Shown here piece after piece: positions 26,111-38,378 of a stretch of 64,000 bases of DNA. Positions within the stretch are counted from its first letter, which is position 1, and the number at the start of each line of letters is the position of its first letter. The DNA comes from Mobula hypostoma (taxonomy: Eukaryota): contig NC_086097.1 in NCBI RefSeq assembly GCF_963921235.1, forward strand, positions 138,386,001 to 138,450,000. The letters are read 5' to 3'. Position numbers and translations under genes: made by a program. A model generated the notes under the pieces. It did not search any database. It saw nothing but the letters and a program-made list of their open reading frames with translations, and was not told where the DNA came from.

Positions 26111-28014
26111 CTCCAGTACACCTGTCCACCGTCTGCACCTGTATCCTTACTTCACCTGTCTAATCTCCAGGTAAAGCAGGGGTTTATCGTCTGTCCCTGT
26201 ATCCCTCCTCTCAACTGCCCTTCACACCTGGCTTCTTTCAGCGCCTGTACCTCTCCCTTCACCTGACAACTCTCCTTATCTGCGCAACCCTAAGACTGAA
26301 GCTATAAGAGACTGCAGATTCTGAAATCTGGAGCTAAAACCAAACTGATGAAGGTACTCGACCGAAAACATCACTACATATAAGTAAGTGATAATAACCC
26401 TATTCTGTTTTTCCCCCTTTGCCTCCACAGATGCTGCTCGAGTTCCCCAGCCTTTGTTTTTTTTGTGTTTTTACATACCTTTCAGACAGCACTTGAAGCG
26501 CAATGCATTCGTCCCAGCCTTCACGTCACCCTGTCCTCTCTCCACACCTGCCCACCTTCTGCAGTGCTCCTATATGTAGCCATCCTAAAAAAAATACTAC
26601 TGCACCATCTATCTTTTCACCCTCACTCCTCACTTCACTGTGGCCATCAGCTTTCCGCGTGAGTAAAACTGCACAAAAACAACATTAAACAATTAGACAT
26701 TTATTGGAGTAGAAATAGAAATGGCAGTATGTAAGCAGAAATATCAACATTATAATCCAACGGAGGAGCCAGTGAGAGGTTTTAATTCCAAAGGCTGCCA
26801 CTATCATTGTAAATCCCCTTCATGCCCTTCCATTTCTTCAGTACTCAAAACATGTCCTGTTATGGAAACTTTTGAGAAATTGATTACATGTTATAAAGAA
26901 TATCTCATTTTAAGCCTTGATTCAGTTTCTCAAGTCAGAGGAAGATCATAAACCAATCAAACTTTGCTGTTAAAGGTTGATGATGCCACTAAAAGCATTT
27001 GATTGAATTACCTTGTGGAAACATGGTGCTTATTATTGCCTGCAGCAAGGTTGATGCAATGATGTGGGGCCAAACCCCTTTGCCTTTTCCATACAGAACT
27101 CCCAGAGATTTAACATGGGCTTAAGTTGCCTGATAAAGGCTTTAGATGCCACACTATGTGCTCTAAGAATCCTGACACGATAAAATTTCATTCCTAAAAC
27201 AGCTATCTGTAGGAGGGCTAGGGCTTGTTACACAATTCAGAGCGGAGTGGATCTTTCAAAACAAAAGGATTTGCCTTTGTAAAGTTTCTCTCACAACAGT
27301 CAAAGTCCAGCCTCTGTTGGAACGTAGGAAACAGACTGCAAACAACAAGCCTGATGAACAGCAAAGAGCTGACTTATGATGGGGCAGTGTTACACTTGTT
27401 CTTTTCACTTCCAACTGAGAGAACAAATAGGACCTCAGTTCAATGTCTCTAAGAGCAGTGGAAGAAGCGGCTTTAAATATCCTTAATGTGGATGGATTCT
27501 TGATAAGTAAGGGCTGAGCTTTTATCAGGGAGAGGTTGGAATATGGAATTGTGATTACAATCCGATCTTATTAGTCAACAAAACTGAGAGGCCTAATCTT
27601 GCTACTGATTGGTATGTTGATGTATTATATCCAAAAACCAATCTGCAATGCTCCTGCAGTACAGGCGGTGTCAATCTGTAGAATTTGCAGCAGAGAGATG
27701 TGAACACAGTCTATCAAAAAAAGAGCCTCCTCTCCATATCTACACATTCCAATGCCATGAGAAAATAGCCGACATAATCAAAGACCCATCTGTTGTCTAT
27801 TTAATATTTCAGTAATATTTGAGCAATATGCTAAATATTTTGTTTAATTAAGTGTTCTTTGTGTTTTAAATAATTCATTACGGGTTATATGTAAAAATAA
27901 ATGAATTGAATATGCTATCATGAGATACATGCACACCTTGCTTAATGTAAACATGAAGTTAGACTCGCATTTTGGACTCCTTTGTTTTCATTTCAATTAT
28001 TTTTTATGTCAAAC

Positions 28015-29195
28015 ATTCTCTTCTTCCAGCCAGCTACAGAAATCGATTTTAACCGACATTTCGATGGAAAACTTTTCCATGTTCATCAGGGATGATGCCT
28101 AGGCATGTCTAGCCCATGGTATTTATACCCCCATCGTCTGTCCCTCCTGATTAGTTAGTCCTCATCCAATCAGGCTTCCACTGTCCCACCTTGTTTATAA
28201 TCGAATTCTAGTTCTTACTTAGAGCAAGATCTTCATCTTTGTTAAAATTCATTTTATCTAGTTTTATTTCAATAGCCTCCTTCACCAGGTGGTCCCAAAA
28301 GCCATTGGCATGGTGCAGTAGTTTTGTGCTGTCAAAGTCAATCCTATGGCCATTGCAAATGCAATGTTCTGCTACTGCTGATTTTTCTGGGTAAACCAAA
28401 CGATTACACATCCTGTGCTCCTTGGTGTGGGTTTCCACCGTGCATCCCATTGGCCGATATACACTGCTCCACATTCACGGGGAATTCTGAAACGCCAGCC
28501 GTCCTGAGTCCCAGGTCACCTTTGACTGCATTAACTGCGATTTGAGCTTCCTTACAGGTTTGTGGATGGTATTAATCAACGGTAATCCTTCCAGAAACAG
28601 TGGAAATATAGGGAAGACTGATGTAAGTGATGGGTTCCTGGTTTTTCTGTCAGCCCTTTTAAGGGTCCAATTGATTTCCTTCACTTGTAACCATTCTGTA
28701 GGAACAGCCAGATGGGATGCATGGTGGAAACCCACATCAAGGAGCACAGGAGGTGTATTCATTTGGGTTACCCAGAGAAATCGGCAGTAGCAGAATATTG
28801 CATTACAATGGCCATGGGATTGATTTCGACAGCACAAAACTACTGTGTTGCACCAATGACTTTTGGGACCGACTGGTGAAAGAAGCCTTTAAAATAAAAC
28901 TAGAGGAAAAGAATTTCAACATAGACAAAGGTCTCACTCTTAAGTAAGACCTGGAATTCGATTGTAAACAAGATAAGACATCGGAAACCTGATTGGATGA
29001 AGACTAACCAATCAGGAGGGAGGGACAATGGGGCTATAAATGCCATGGACTAGACATGCCCAGGCATCATCCCTGATAAAGATGCCAGAGTTTGTCATTG
29101 AAACATCAGTTAAAATCAATACCTGTACCCGGCTAGAAGCCCAAGAAGAGTTTATTTGTCATACATGCCAGGAAAGCACTAGATCCTTTTCTAAT
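28015..29195. mobile_element. Two inverted PLE 3' segments (GIY-YIG C-terminus + terminal repeat)
   Basis: ORFs 28208-28474(-) and 28717-28947(+) both encode ..IDFDSTKLL..FWD.LVKEA..IKL..NFN.D. Both arms end in CTGAT(G/A)A..GAAA motifs. Confidence 0.8.
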
Positions 29196-30819
29196 CTTTA
29201 TGCTTTGGAGTTACAAAACATAACATCATGCACCCTGGACATTCTCTCTTCCCCCATATTCCACCAGGTAGAAGACACAAAACCTTGAAAACATGCACCA
29301 TCAGGATGAAGGACAGCATCTATCCTGTTGTTATAAGACTCTTCAACGGATCTCTTGTATAATGAAGATGAACGCTTGAGATCCCAATCTCTCTCAAGGG
29401 TTAGATGGTTCCTTTTGAGTTGGGTGTTCATGGGTTCAAACCCCACTGCAGGCATGCAGTGCAGGAGATACTCAGCACTGTCTTTCAGGTGCTTCATTAA
29501 ACCAAGGCCCTCTCTGCCCTCAGAGTTAAAAATCACATGGGTCTGTTCTGCAGAGCAGGGGCTCTCTTGCTGTTGAAACCACGTTTATACCTCTAACAAC
29601 ATTGCTGGGCAGATAACATGGTCAATTCACATTGCTGTCAGTAGGGCAGGTAGAATGTAAAATTAATTCAAAGCCAAAGTTTGAGTTTATTGTCATATGC
29701 ACATGTGCATATAAGTACAGAAGTAATGAAAAACTTACTTGAAGCAGACACAGAGCATCATATAAGCAGTATACATATGAAAAACATAAATTAAACAATT
29801 TATTTAAGAAAGAACACAATCATAATATTTAAAAGTCCATTTTAGTGCAAAATAATCACAGCAATCAAATTTGTTATAAACTAGTGATTAGGACTCTGCA
29901 GGTTGATTCAAGAACCAAATAGTTGGAGAAATGTAGCTGGTCTTGAACCACAGAAATAGCTGTGGAATTTCTGGATTTTATATCAATTAACAAATCATAG
30001 CTGCAAGAAGATGGTATAGTCCAGATGGTGGGGATGTTCGATGATGGATGATACCTCCTTTAGATACAACGGATGGTGGGGAAGGATGTGCCCATGATGG
30101 GCAGAGTCCACTGCTTGCTATAGCTTCTCATATTCCTGTGCATTTGAATTGTCTTACCAGACCATGATATAATTCATCAAGATTTTCAACAGTATATTAG
30201 TAGAAGCTTGTTAGAGTGTTCAGTGACAAGCCAGATCTGCTTAATTTATTTGGAAAGTAAAGACTTTGGCACACTTTGCTTATGATTGCATCTATATGCA
30301 GGGCCTAGGTAGGACAGGCTACCCAAAATGTTAATGCACACTCTCAGTCACCGGACAGCCTTGATTCATCTCTGGAAAGCAAGTTAGCTAGTTCAATGCT
30401 CAGGAGAAGTGTTACACTATTTTTCACTATTACACTATTGTCAGTAACCATAGAACAGGCCAACAAAGGAAAAGAACAGAGAGAGAAATGGAAAATAGGA
30501 AAAGGAAAAGGCTACTTGTCCTGCTTCCCATTCTATATGATCCGTTATCAAAGCTATGCAGCAAATTAAACACCTTCTAAAAAATCACCAAAGATGGAAA
30601 GTTCCTTCAGAGTTTTCAGTGAGATTTTACTTGTGAAAAGACATTGCTGTTTCAAGGGCAAATAAAAGAGTGCTTGAATGTCTTTCCACCATGTGCTTCA
30701 AATTGAAATCTAAATTAATATATGCAGGAAATGATTTTTTTAAAAAAACAGCTTATGTACAGAATGTGATATTCATATACAATTAACTGTGTACAAAATG
30801 AACTGTGCCTCTGGAGACT

Positions 30820-31165
30820 AGAACAACCACATTCCTGCCCTCTCCCCATACCCTTGATGCCCTGTGTGTCCTTTTAAATGTATTCAACATTTTCAACTCC
30901 ACGGCTGCCTCAGATGGAGAGTTCTGCCTGTTCACCAACCTTGAGTGAAGAAACTTAACTCATCCCAGCCCGAAATCTCTTGGTGCCATATTCTGAGACT
31001 GTGCCTCTTTGTTCTAAATACACCAGCCTGGAGAAAAATTCCCCTTGCATCCAGACTATTGAACCCTGTCAGAATTGTGTACCATTCCATGAGACCTCTT
31101 CTCATTTTCCTAAACTCCAGTAGATCCAGGCCCAATCTGTTCAAACTCCTCTCATTCATAGGCCA
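30820..31165 (-). mobile_element. CR1 3' fragment
   Basis: ORF 30932-31159 LNRLGL..LEFRKMR. Confidence 0.65.
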
Positions 31166-31771
31166 CCATGATGCTATTATAGATCAGGTCATTCAAGAGT
31201 TCAAAGTTCAATTCTGACGCCATTCTGTAAGGAGTTTTTGTACGTACTCCTCATGGAATGTGTAGGCTTTCTCTGGGTCCTTCGGTTTCCTCCCACTGTC
31301 CAAAGACATTGTAAGTTGTCCCGTGATTGGGTTAGGATTAATCGGCTTTGTCGGGGGTTGCTCAAAGGGCTAGATAATAGGTACCGTGGTCCGTCATCCC
31401 AATTGACTTCTGTGGCACTCCCTTTTTGACAAGTAGATCAGGGAGGGAGGCAAGGTGAGGTGGGAAAGATGGGTAAATAAGAACACTAAAATAGCAGATA
31501 GTACTCCAGTTGTACAATTATGAAGACCCTGTATCACTGTGGCACGTCATCCCTGCTCCTATACTCAGAAACTGCAGTGAAGATAAACATACCATCTGCT
31601 AATGTAACTCCTCACTTCATGTCTGCTCCCAGCAACTGTTGTAGAAGAACATGTAGGTCCCTTCTACATTAACAGCTTTAAATGTAGTACCACTTAAATA
31701 CTACGTCACTTTTTATTATTCTAAATAAAACTTTATATTTGGCTAAATTGTATTGCATCTGCCTACTCAAA

Positions 31772-32690
31772 GGTTCATTTTATTGTCAAAGTATAATACA
31801 ACTCTGATATTTGTCTACACGAGATAGCCATTAAATACAGAATGGCCATGGGCGTTGATGAAAGAAAAGACATCAACTCCCCCCACCGGCGTGAAAAAAA
31901 GAAACAAAACTCGCAGACCCCTAATTCCCCATCGCCCGCAGCAAAAAACAGCCACAAAAGCATCAACAATCCTCGACGCATAACAATCCCTAACCCCCCT
32001 CACTCGCAGAAAAGAGCAGTAACAGTAGCACCAAATCCCCAACCTACTCCCCTCTTACACACAAAAAAATAACAGGTCACCCACCCGCCAATCAACCACA
32101 AGAAAGAAAACACTGAAAAGCTGAAGGAAACCAATATAATGTACAGTCCAATAATCACATAAATTTCAGAATATGAGGAACGCCTTTTCGTTGCATAGGA
32201 GGAGAGCAGCCGCACAAACTCAGGCCTTTCGTAAAGAGTGATTGCCAGTCCAGGTCCTCACACCTCCGATATGGGGCCGAATGCCGCCCACCTGGAGCCA
32301 AACCGGACTCAGACGCGCTAATCTGACTGCTGACTATCTCACACAAAGCCACCCCTGACCCCCTCCACATTCACCTCAATGCTTCAATCTTCCTCACCTC
32401 TTCAAGATGGAGTCATTCATGACCCCACACCTCATCTTTGGTCTTTTCCAAAGTCAGCTTGTGTTCTTGGATCTTTCCGGACTCCCGTCTCTGATCTCCA
32501 CGGGGCAGCTGTCCAGACACAGCACAGCGCTGGGTCCTTCAATCAAGATGCGAGCTGTATGTCACAGGCTCCAGCACAAACAAGACAAAAAGAACAAGCA
32601 GAGGCATAGAAAAAGTGAAATAATTGAAAAGTTTTGCTATCTGGAAGATGTCACCCATGGAATTGTTGTTCGCTGGCACCATCTTGACTG
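31772..32690 (-). mobile_element. Non-coding retroposon-like repeat
   Basis: Minus head CAAGATGGTGC, tail AATAAAATGAACC. Related to 15275-15890. Confidence 0.55.
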
Positions 32691-32789
32691 GAAACAACTT
32701 GTATAAATCAACTTGAAGCATCTTAGCATTATATGCACAACTCACAAATTCCTCCAGATCCATATCATTTGCAACATTTTAAATATTAC

Positions 32790-33460
32790 AGTACATCACT
32801 TCCCTATGAAAATGAATAGACAGTCAACATTTCAGCCAAAGCGCTTCTTCGGGACTGGAAAGGAAGGGGGAAGATGCTAGAATAAGAAGATGGGGGGGGG
32901 GAAGAAGAGCAAGCTGGAATGTGATAGCCGAACCCAGGTGAGGGGGAAAGTAGATGGGTGGGGGAGGAGAGGTTAAGTGACAAGCATAGATGTGATGGGT
33001 GGAAAAGATGAAGAGCTGAAGAGGAAGGAATCTGATAGGAGAGGAGATTGGATCATGGGGGAAAAGGAAGGAAGTGGAGCACCAGTAGAGGGTGATAGAC
33101 AGGTGAGAAATGAAGGTATAAGAGGGGGGTCAGAGGCCATGGAGCGACTTGTTGAAATGGGAATGGGGAGTGGAACTAAATGGTTGGCCAACGCTAAATC
33201 CTCCCCATCCTGGACAAAGCAAACAAGGTGGTTCCTCAATCTATATTTCATCTCACTAATACAGAGGCCTCACCAGGAACACCAGAAAGAGTAGAAGACC
33301 CTGAGTGACTTGCAGGTGAAATGTTGCCTCACCTGGAAGGACTGTTTGGGGAATCTGCCCATTCCCCTCCTCCCTCACCACCATTTAAGGTCCCAAACAG
33401 TGCCCAATAGAAACTACTTAATCTTTGCTACATTTCAAACCCCTTGATGATTTGAAACTC
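32790..33460 (-). mobile_element. Degenerate PLE 3' fragment
   Basis: Purine-rich tract and GGTGAAATGTTGCCTCACCTGGAAGGACTGTTTGGGG shared with 63243-64000. Confidence 0.7.
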
Positions 33461-33689
33461 CTCTGTTAGGCACAGTTCCAGCTTGTGCAGTCCATCATAA
33501 AATAAAGCCCATCATCAATGAGGGAATTCACATGAGACAACTCTCTCACTAAAGCTACAGGGCACAAATGTGCTTACCATATTGGCAGGTGTATGCGATC
33601 TTGATGTTATCTCAGTGCCTCTTCATGTAGTACTCCATGACAAAGTTTAGAAAAAGGAATTGTCATGAACAGCAGGATTTAAAGGATGT

Positions 33690-33906
33690 ATGGAATGTGC
33701 AGGGAGAGTTAGCGCCTCTGGGGAAGGGACCTGTTGTGTCCAGCTGGGACAGCTTCCTCATCTTTGGACCCTCTGGACACTCAGCTCTATCCTGTGGCTC
33801 CAAGTAGTGGTTTGAATATGACAGTGACCACACCCCGATACACTACTTTGACAGGTGGGTTAAACCATTTGAGGGTAATTGCTGGGCCTCATACCCCGAT
33901 GAGATT
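33690..33906 (+). mobile_element. Old relative of the HDV-ribozyme retroposon head
   Basis: Collinear with 38196-38410: CACTCAGCTCT, CCTGTGGCTCC, CCACACCCC, TAAACCA. Confidence 0.7.
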
Positions 33907-33942
33907 TGCCATAGCACCTTCAGTCCTGCTCTAATATAAATG

Positions 33943-35105
33943 TCCTCCATTTTTACCACAATGAGGCCATGCTTAGGGTGAAGGAACAACACCTCATATT
34001 TTATCCAGGTAGCCTGATGACATGAACATCCATTTCTCCATTGGGTAAAAAAAAATCCCTCCTCCTATTCTCTTCTTCTATTTCCGAAGCTGGTCTCTTA
34101 CCTCTTCTTCTCACTTCCCCCTTCACTTGTCCAGAATGTGTGGATATGACATCAGGAGATGGAATCCAGGACTGACAGTCGAGGGCTATGCTGGACTCCA
34201 GGTGAATTGGAATTGATATTGGTGTATTTTTCTGACATGTACCGAGATACGGTAAAAAGTTTTTATCTCCATGCTGTCCAGACAGATCAACAACTCCAGA
34301 GAAAAACACACAAAATGCTGGAGCAACTCAGCAAGTCAGGCACCATCTATGAAAATGAATAAACATGCTACATAGGCTTACATACAACATTTTGGACCAG
34401 AAGAAATGGTCCAGAAGAGATTTATGGAATCTATTGTTACTATGTTTCTTAACAACTAATACCATTACTTAGCCTAATAGATTAGAATTACCACTGTACA
34501 TAATTATCTATTTAAGTGTCTAATTTCCTTTTATATCATCTCAATGTGTACTTAAGAATGTATAATTAATTATAGTTTTATATATATAAAAAATGGAAAA
34601 GGTTGTAAGTGTGGAAAAAGTACATGACACTTGTGAATTCCTTATCCAAGTAAAAATAAAATTTAAAAAAAAGAAAATGAATAAACAGTTGATGTTTCAG
34701 GCTGCGGCCCTTCTTCAGGACCAGATAGGAAGGGGAGAGACACCATAATAAAAAGCGAGGGCCAAGGGAAGGAGGGCAAGCTGGAAAGTGATAGGTGAAG
34801 CCTGGTAGGTTAGAGAAGTAAAGGGCTGGAGAGGAAGGAATCTGATAGGAAAGGAGAGTGGACCATAGGAGAAAGAGAAGAAGAAGGGGCACCAGGGGGA
34901 AGTGAGAAGAAGAGGTAAGAGACCGGCTTCAGAAATAAAAGAAGAGAATAGGAGGAGGGATTTTTTTTACCAGATGGAGAAATAGATGTTCATGTCATCA
35001 GGCTACCTAGACAAAATATGAGGTGTTGTTCCTTCACCCTAAGCATGGCCTCATTGTGGTAAAAGTGGAGGCCATGTACCAACATGTTGGAATGGGAATG
35101 AGACT
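33943..35105. mobile_element. PLE 3' fragments in inverted arrangement
   Basis: 33943-34121(+) is the near-identical inverse of 34895-35071. Terminal CTGAAGA..GAAAC core at ~34686-34722(-). Confidence 0.7.
34366..34672 (+). mobile_element. AT-rich poly(A)-tailed insertion (probable L1 3' end) with 15-bp TSD
   Basis: GAAAATGAATAAACA duplicated at 34351-34365 and 34673-34687. Insert ends AATAAAATTTAAAAAAAA. Confidence 0.75.
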
Positions 35106-35115
35106 AAGAACTACA

Positions 35116-35660
35116 TTTTTTAACCAAAATAAAATTTATTCATACTAAAAATTATTTACAAGAATAAACCATTCAATGCCTTTTCATTCCTTCCTCACAT
35201 GGTCAATGCTTTCCGTACTGTTCTGTTTTACATTCATACACATTAATAGTACTGCTGGCACTGATGTGGCACTCTGAGGTGGTATACTAACCACTACAAT
35301 AATTGAGAGGCTCACTGTACAGTAGGAGAATAACCCCTACACTGTGCTCCTTCCCACTGAGCCCAAATGGTGGCCGCACCAAGCTTCAATGTGTCCCTCA
35401 TCACATACTCCAGCAGACCAGAATGCGGCAGTCGGCAGCATTCTTCAATGGATATCTTGATGTGCCGGTAGACCAGAGAGTAGCTTTCACCAAGATGATG
35501 ATCTGCCAGCAGCACTTGACATTTTTTTCCTAGTGCATCCCTAGGAATCGCCCTCTGTTATGCAACTGCTCAGGATGAAATGCAACACAGGCCCTTTTGT
35601 CTGTCTCCAGACCTCTTCGCAAACCCATATTCTGCATAGAGGTGAGCTACAGTGTCTTCC
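35116..35660 (-). mobile_element. L1/Tx1-type LINE 3' fragment
   Basis: ECCRLPHSGLLEYVMRDTLKLGAA..AQW. AATAAA on the minus strand at 35135-35140. Confidence 0.7.
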
Positions 35661-35739
35661 CCACGACGGTCATCCTGCAGACCACAGCACTAGTAGAGAG
35701 GACCAAGAAGGTATGGGCAAGGGAGGCACAGGAGCGCTT

Positions 35740-37970
35740 ATAGGACTGCTTTCAGTCAGTGGACTGGACAGTAGGCAAGGATCCATCTTCGAGTCTGAAT
35801 GAATATGCCACAGTTATCACTGACTTCATTAAAACCTCTGTGGTTGAATGCATGCCTATGAGAACATACTGTACGTACCTGAATTAAGAGCCATGAATGA
35901 ACCAGAGGAGTCATCGTCTGCTGAGGGCTGGATCTATGGCATTCAACTTCTGGTGATCCAGAAGGCCACGTACGACTTACAGAGGACTAACTCAAGAGCA
36001 AAAGAACAATTCCGATTGAGGTTAGAGGCGGAATTGGATGCATGTCAACTCTGGCAGGGTTTGCAGAACATTACATCCTACAAAGTGAAACCTAACATCA
36101 TGAATGACTGTGAAGCTTCACTCCCAGATGAGTTCAACGTCTCTTATGCTCACTTTGAAAAGGAGAATAAAATTATAGCTATGTGGATACCAACGGTATC
36201 CTGTGATCTCTGTCATGGAGGCTGACCTGTTTCAAGAGAGTGAACCCTCGCAAGGTGACAGGCCTCAATGGTGTACCTGGTGGGGCTCTGAAAACCTGTA
36301 CCAGCCAACTGGCTAGTGTGTTCAAAGACATTATCAATCTCTCATTGCTACAGTTGGAAGTTCTCACCTGTACTACAAAAGGGAAACAATTATACCAGTG
36401 CCCAAGAAGAGCAGTGTGAGTTGCCTTAATGACTACATCTACAGTGATGAAGTTGGTTATGGGTTATTAGAATAACCAGGTCTCAGCAAGGACCTGGACC
36501 GTTGCAATTTGCCTATCACCACAATAGGTGTACAGTGGATGCAATCTCATTGGCTCTTCATCCAGCCTTGGATCACCTGGAAAATACTAATACTTCTGTC
36601 AGGCTGCTATTTATTGACTACATCTCAATGTTTGTAGCTGTTTGCATGCGACGCGGCCACACCCCGGGCAATGGCTTCGACAAGCCGGCTAAACCAGGTG
36701 AGCGTAGTTGACGGGTCTCAAACCCTCATGTGAAGACAGACTCTGGCGGATTGAGCAGACGAGACCAATGGAAGGTCCAATAGTGAAGAAGGCGGTCTCT
36801 GCAAGCGTCGTGGAATGTGTAGAGCAGGACAAGACACAGAAGACGTCGTGGTCATCCACTGCACCTGGTCCCATCTCCAGTCGTCTCGACTCTGTCTTGC
36901 CACTGGATCCAGATGGGAACTGGGAAGAGAGAGTGAGACTGACGCTGCGTAACTTTCCCTCACTTAAATGCATATCACGTGCCAGTCTCGACACCGTCAT
37001 AATGGTGTTGAGGTCCTCATCAACGTTGACGACGGACGAACACACATCTCAATGTTTAACACAATCATTCTCACAGTTTTGATCAAAAAGCTCCAAAACC
37101 TGGGCCTCTATACAACCATTGTAGGCTGAATCTCAGATGGTAAGGAGAGGGCATACAGAAGTGAGATATAACAGCTGGTAGAGTGGCGTCGCAACAACAG
37201 CCTTGCACTCAACTTCTGTAAGACCAAAGAATTGATAGTGGACTTCAGAAAGGGTAAGGCGAGGAAACACATACCAGTCCTCATAGAGATCAGAAGTGGA
37301 AAGGGTGATCAGTCTCAAGTTCCTGGGTGTCAATATCTCTGAGGATCTATCCTGGGCCCAACATATTGATGCAGTTACAAAGAAGGCACGACAGCAGCTG
37401 TAACTCATTAGGAATTTGAGGAGATTTGGTTTGTCACTAAAGACACTCGCAAATTTCTACTCATGTACCATGGAGAGCATTCTAACAGGCTGCATCACCA
37501 TCCAGTATGGGTGGGGGCACTGAACAGGATCAAAATAAGCTGCAGAAAGTTGTAAACTCAGTCAGCTCTATCATGGGCACTAGCATCCCCAGCATCCAGG
37601 ACATCTTCAAGGAGCGATGCCTCAAAAACACAGCATCCATCATTAAGGACCCCCATCACCTAAGACTTGCCTTCTTTTCATTGCTACCATCAGGGAGAAG
37701 TTACAGGAGCCTGAAGGCATACACTTAACGATTCAGGAATAGCTTCTTCCCCTCTGCCATCAGATTTCTGAATGGACATTGAACCCATGAACACTACCTC
37801 TCTAGTCTTGTTGCACTACTTATTCAATTTAACTTTTTTAATATGTATATACATTTTACTGAAATTTAAAGTTTGTTTTATTATTATGTGTTGCAATGTA
37901 ACCCTGCATAACAACAAATTTCATGACATATGCCAGTGATATTAAACCTGATTCTGATTCTGATTCTGAT
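35740..37970 (+). mobile_element. Rex1/Babar LINE remnant with (ATTCTG)n tail
   Basis: LDPLQFAY..DAISLALH..VRLLFIDY, KTKELIVDFR and FLGVNISEDLSW motifs. Confidence 0.85.
36634..37043 (+). mobile_element. 5'-truncated copy of the HDV-ribozyme retroposon
   Basis: 14-bp TSD ACATCTCAATGTTT at 36620-36633 and 37044-37057. Highly similar to 38309-38748. Confidence 0.9.
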
Positions 37971-38195
37971 ACAGACTGGCAAAGAAGGATCTAAAGATCC
38001 TAATGTAGATAGATAGATACTTTATTGAGCCGAAAGTAAATTACAGTGTCACAGTAATACAGTGCACAGATATACAAATATTAGAAGAGAAGTAAGAAAG
38101 AATATAAAAATAAGTTACCTCTAACAGTCTAATGGGGGGGGGTCATCACTTCTCTGGCTATGTTATCTCATTATAGAGCCATTATAGGGGTATAT

Positions 38196-38378
38196 GGGGT
38201 GTCAGGGAAGGGTGGCACCTCTGGTGGGGGAACATGTCGCGTCCTTTTCAGGGTGGTTAGTCCATCTTTGGTCCCCACCTGGCACTCAGCTCTCACCTGT
38301 GGCTCCTCGTAGCTGTTTGCATGTGACAGCGGCCACACCCCAGGCAACGGCTTCGACAAGCCGGCTAAACCAGGTGAG
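38196..38378 (+). ncRNA. Predicted HDV-like self-cleaving ribozyme
   Basis: P1 GGGGTGT/ACACCCC, P2 CTCACCTG/CAGGTGAG, P3 GGC/GCC, L3 TCCTCG, GCAA, P4 CGGCTT/AAGCCG, J4/2 G-C-TAA. Folded by eye; activity untested. Confidence 0.75.

Noticed and set aside
29395..29470. tRNA gene (GGTTCAAACCCC B-box); similar at 5590 and 59630
   Set aside because: Degenerate SINE heads with no cloverleaf or terminator.
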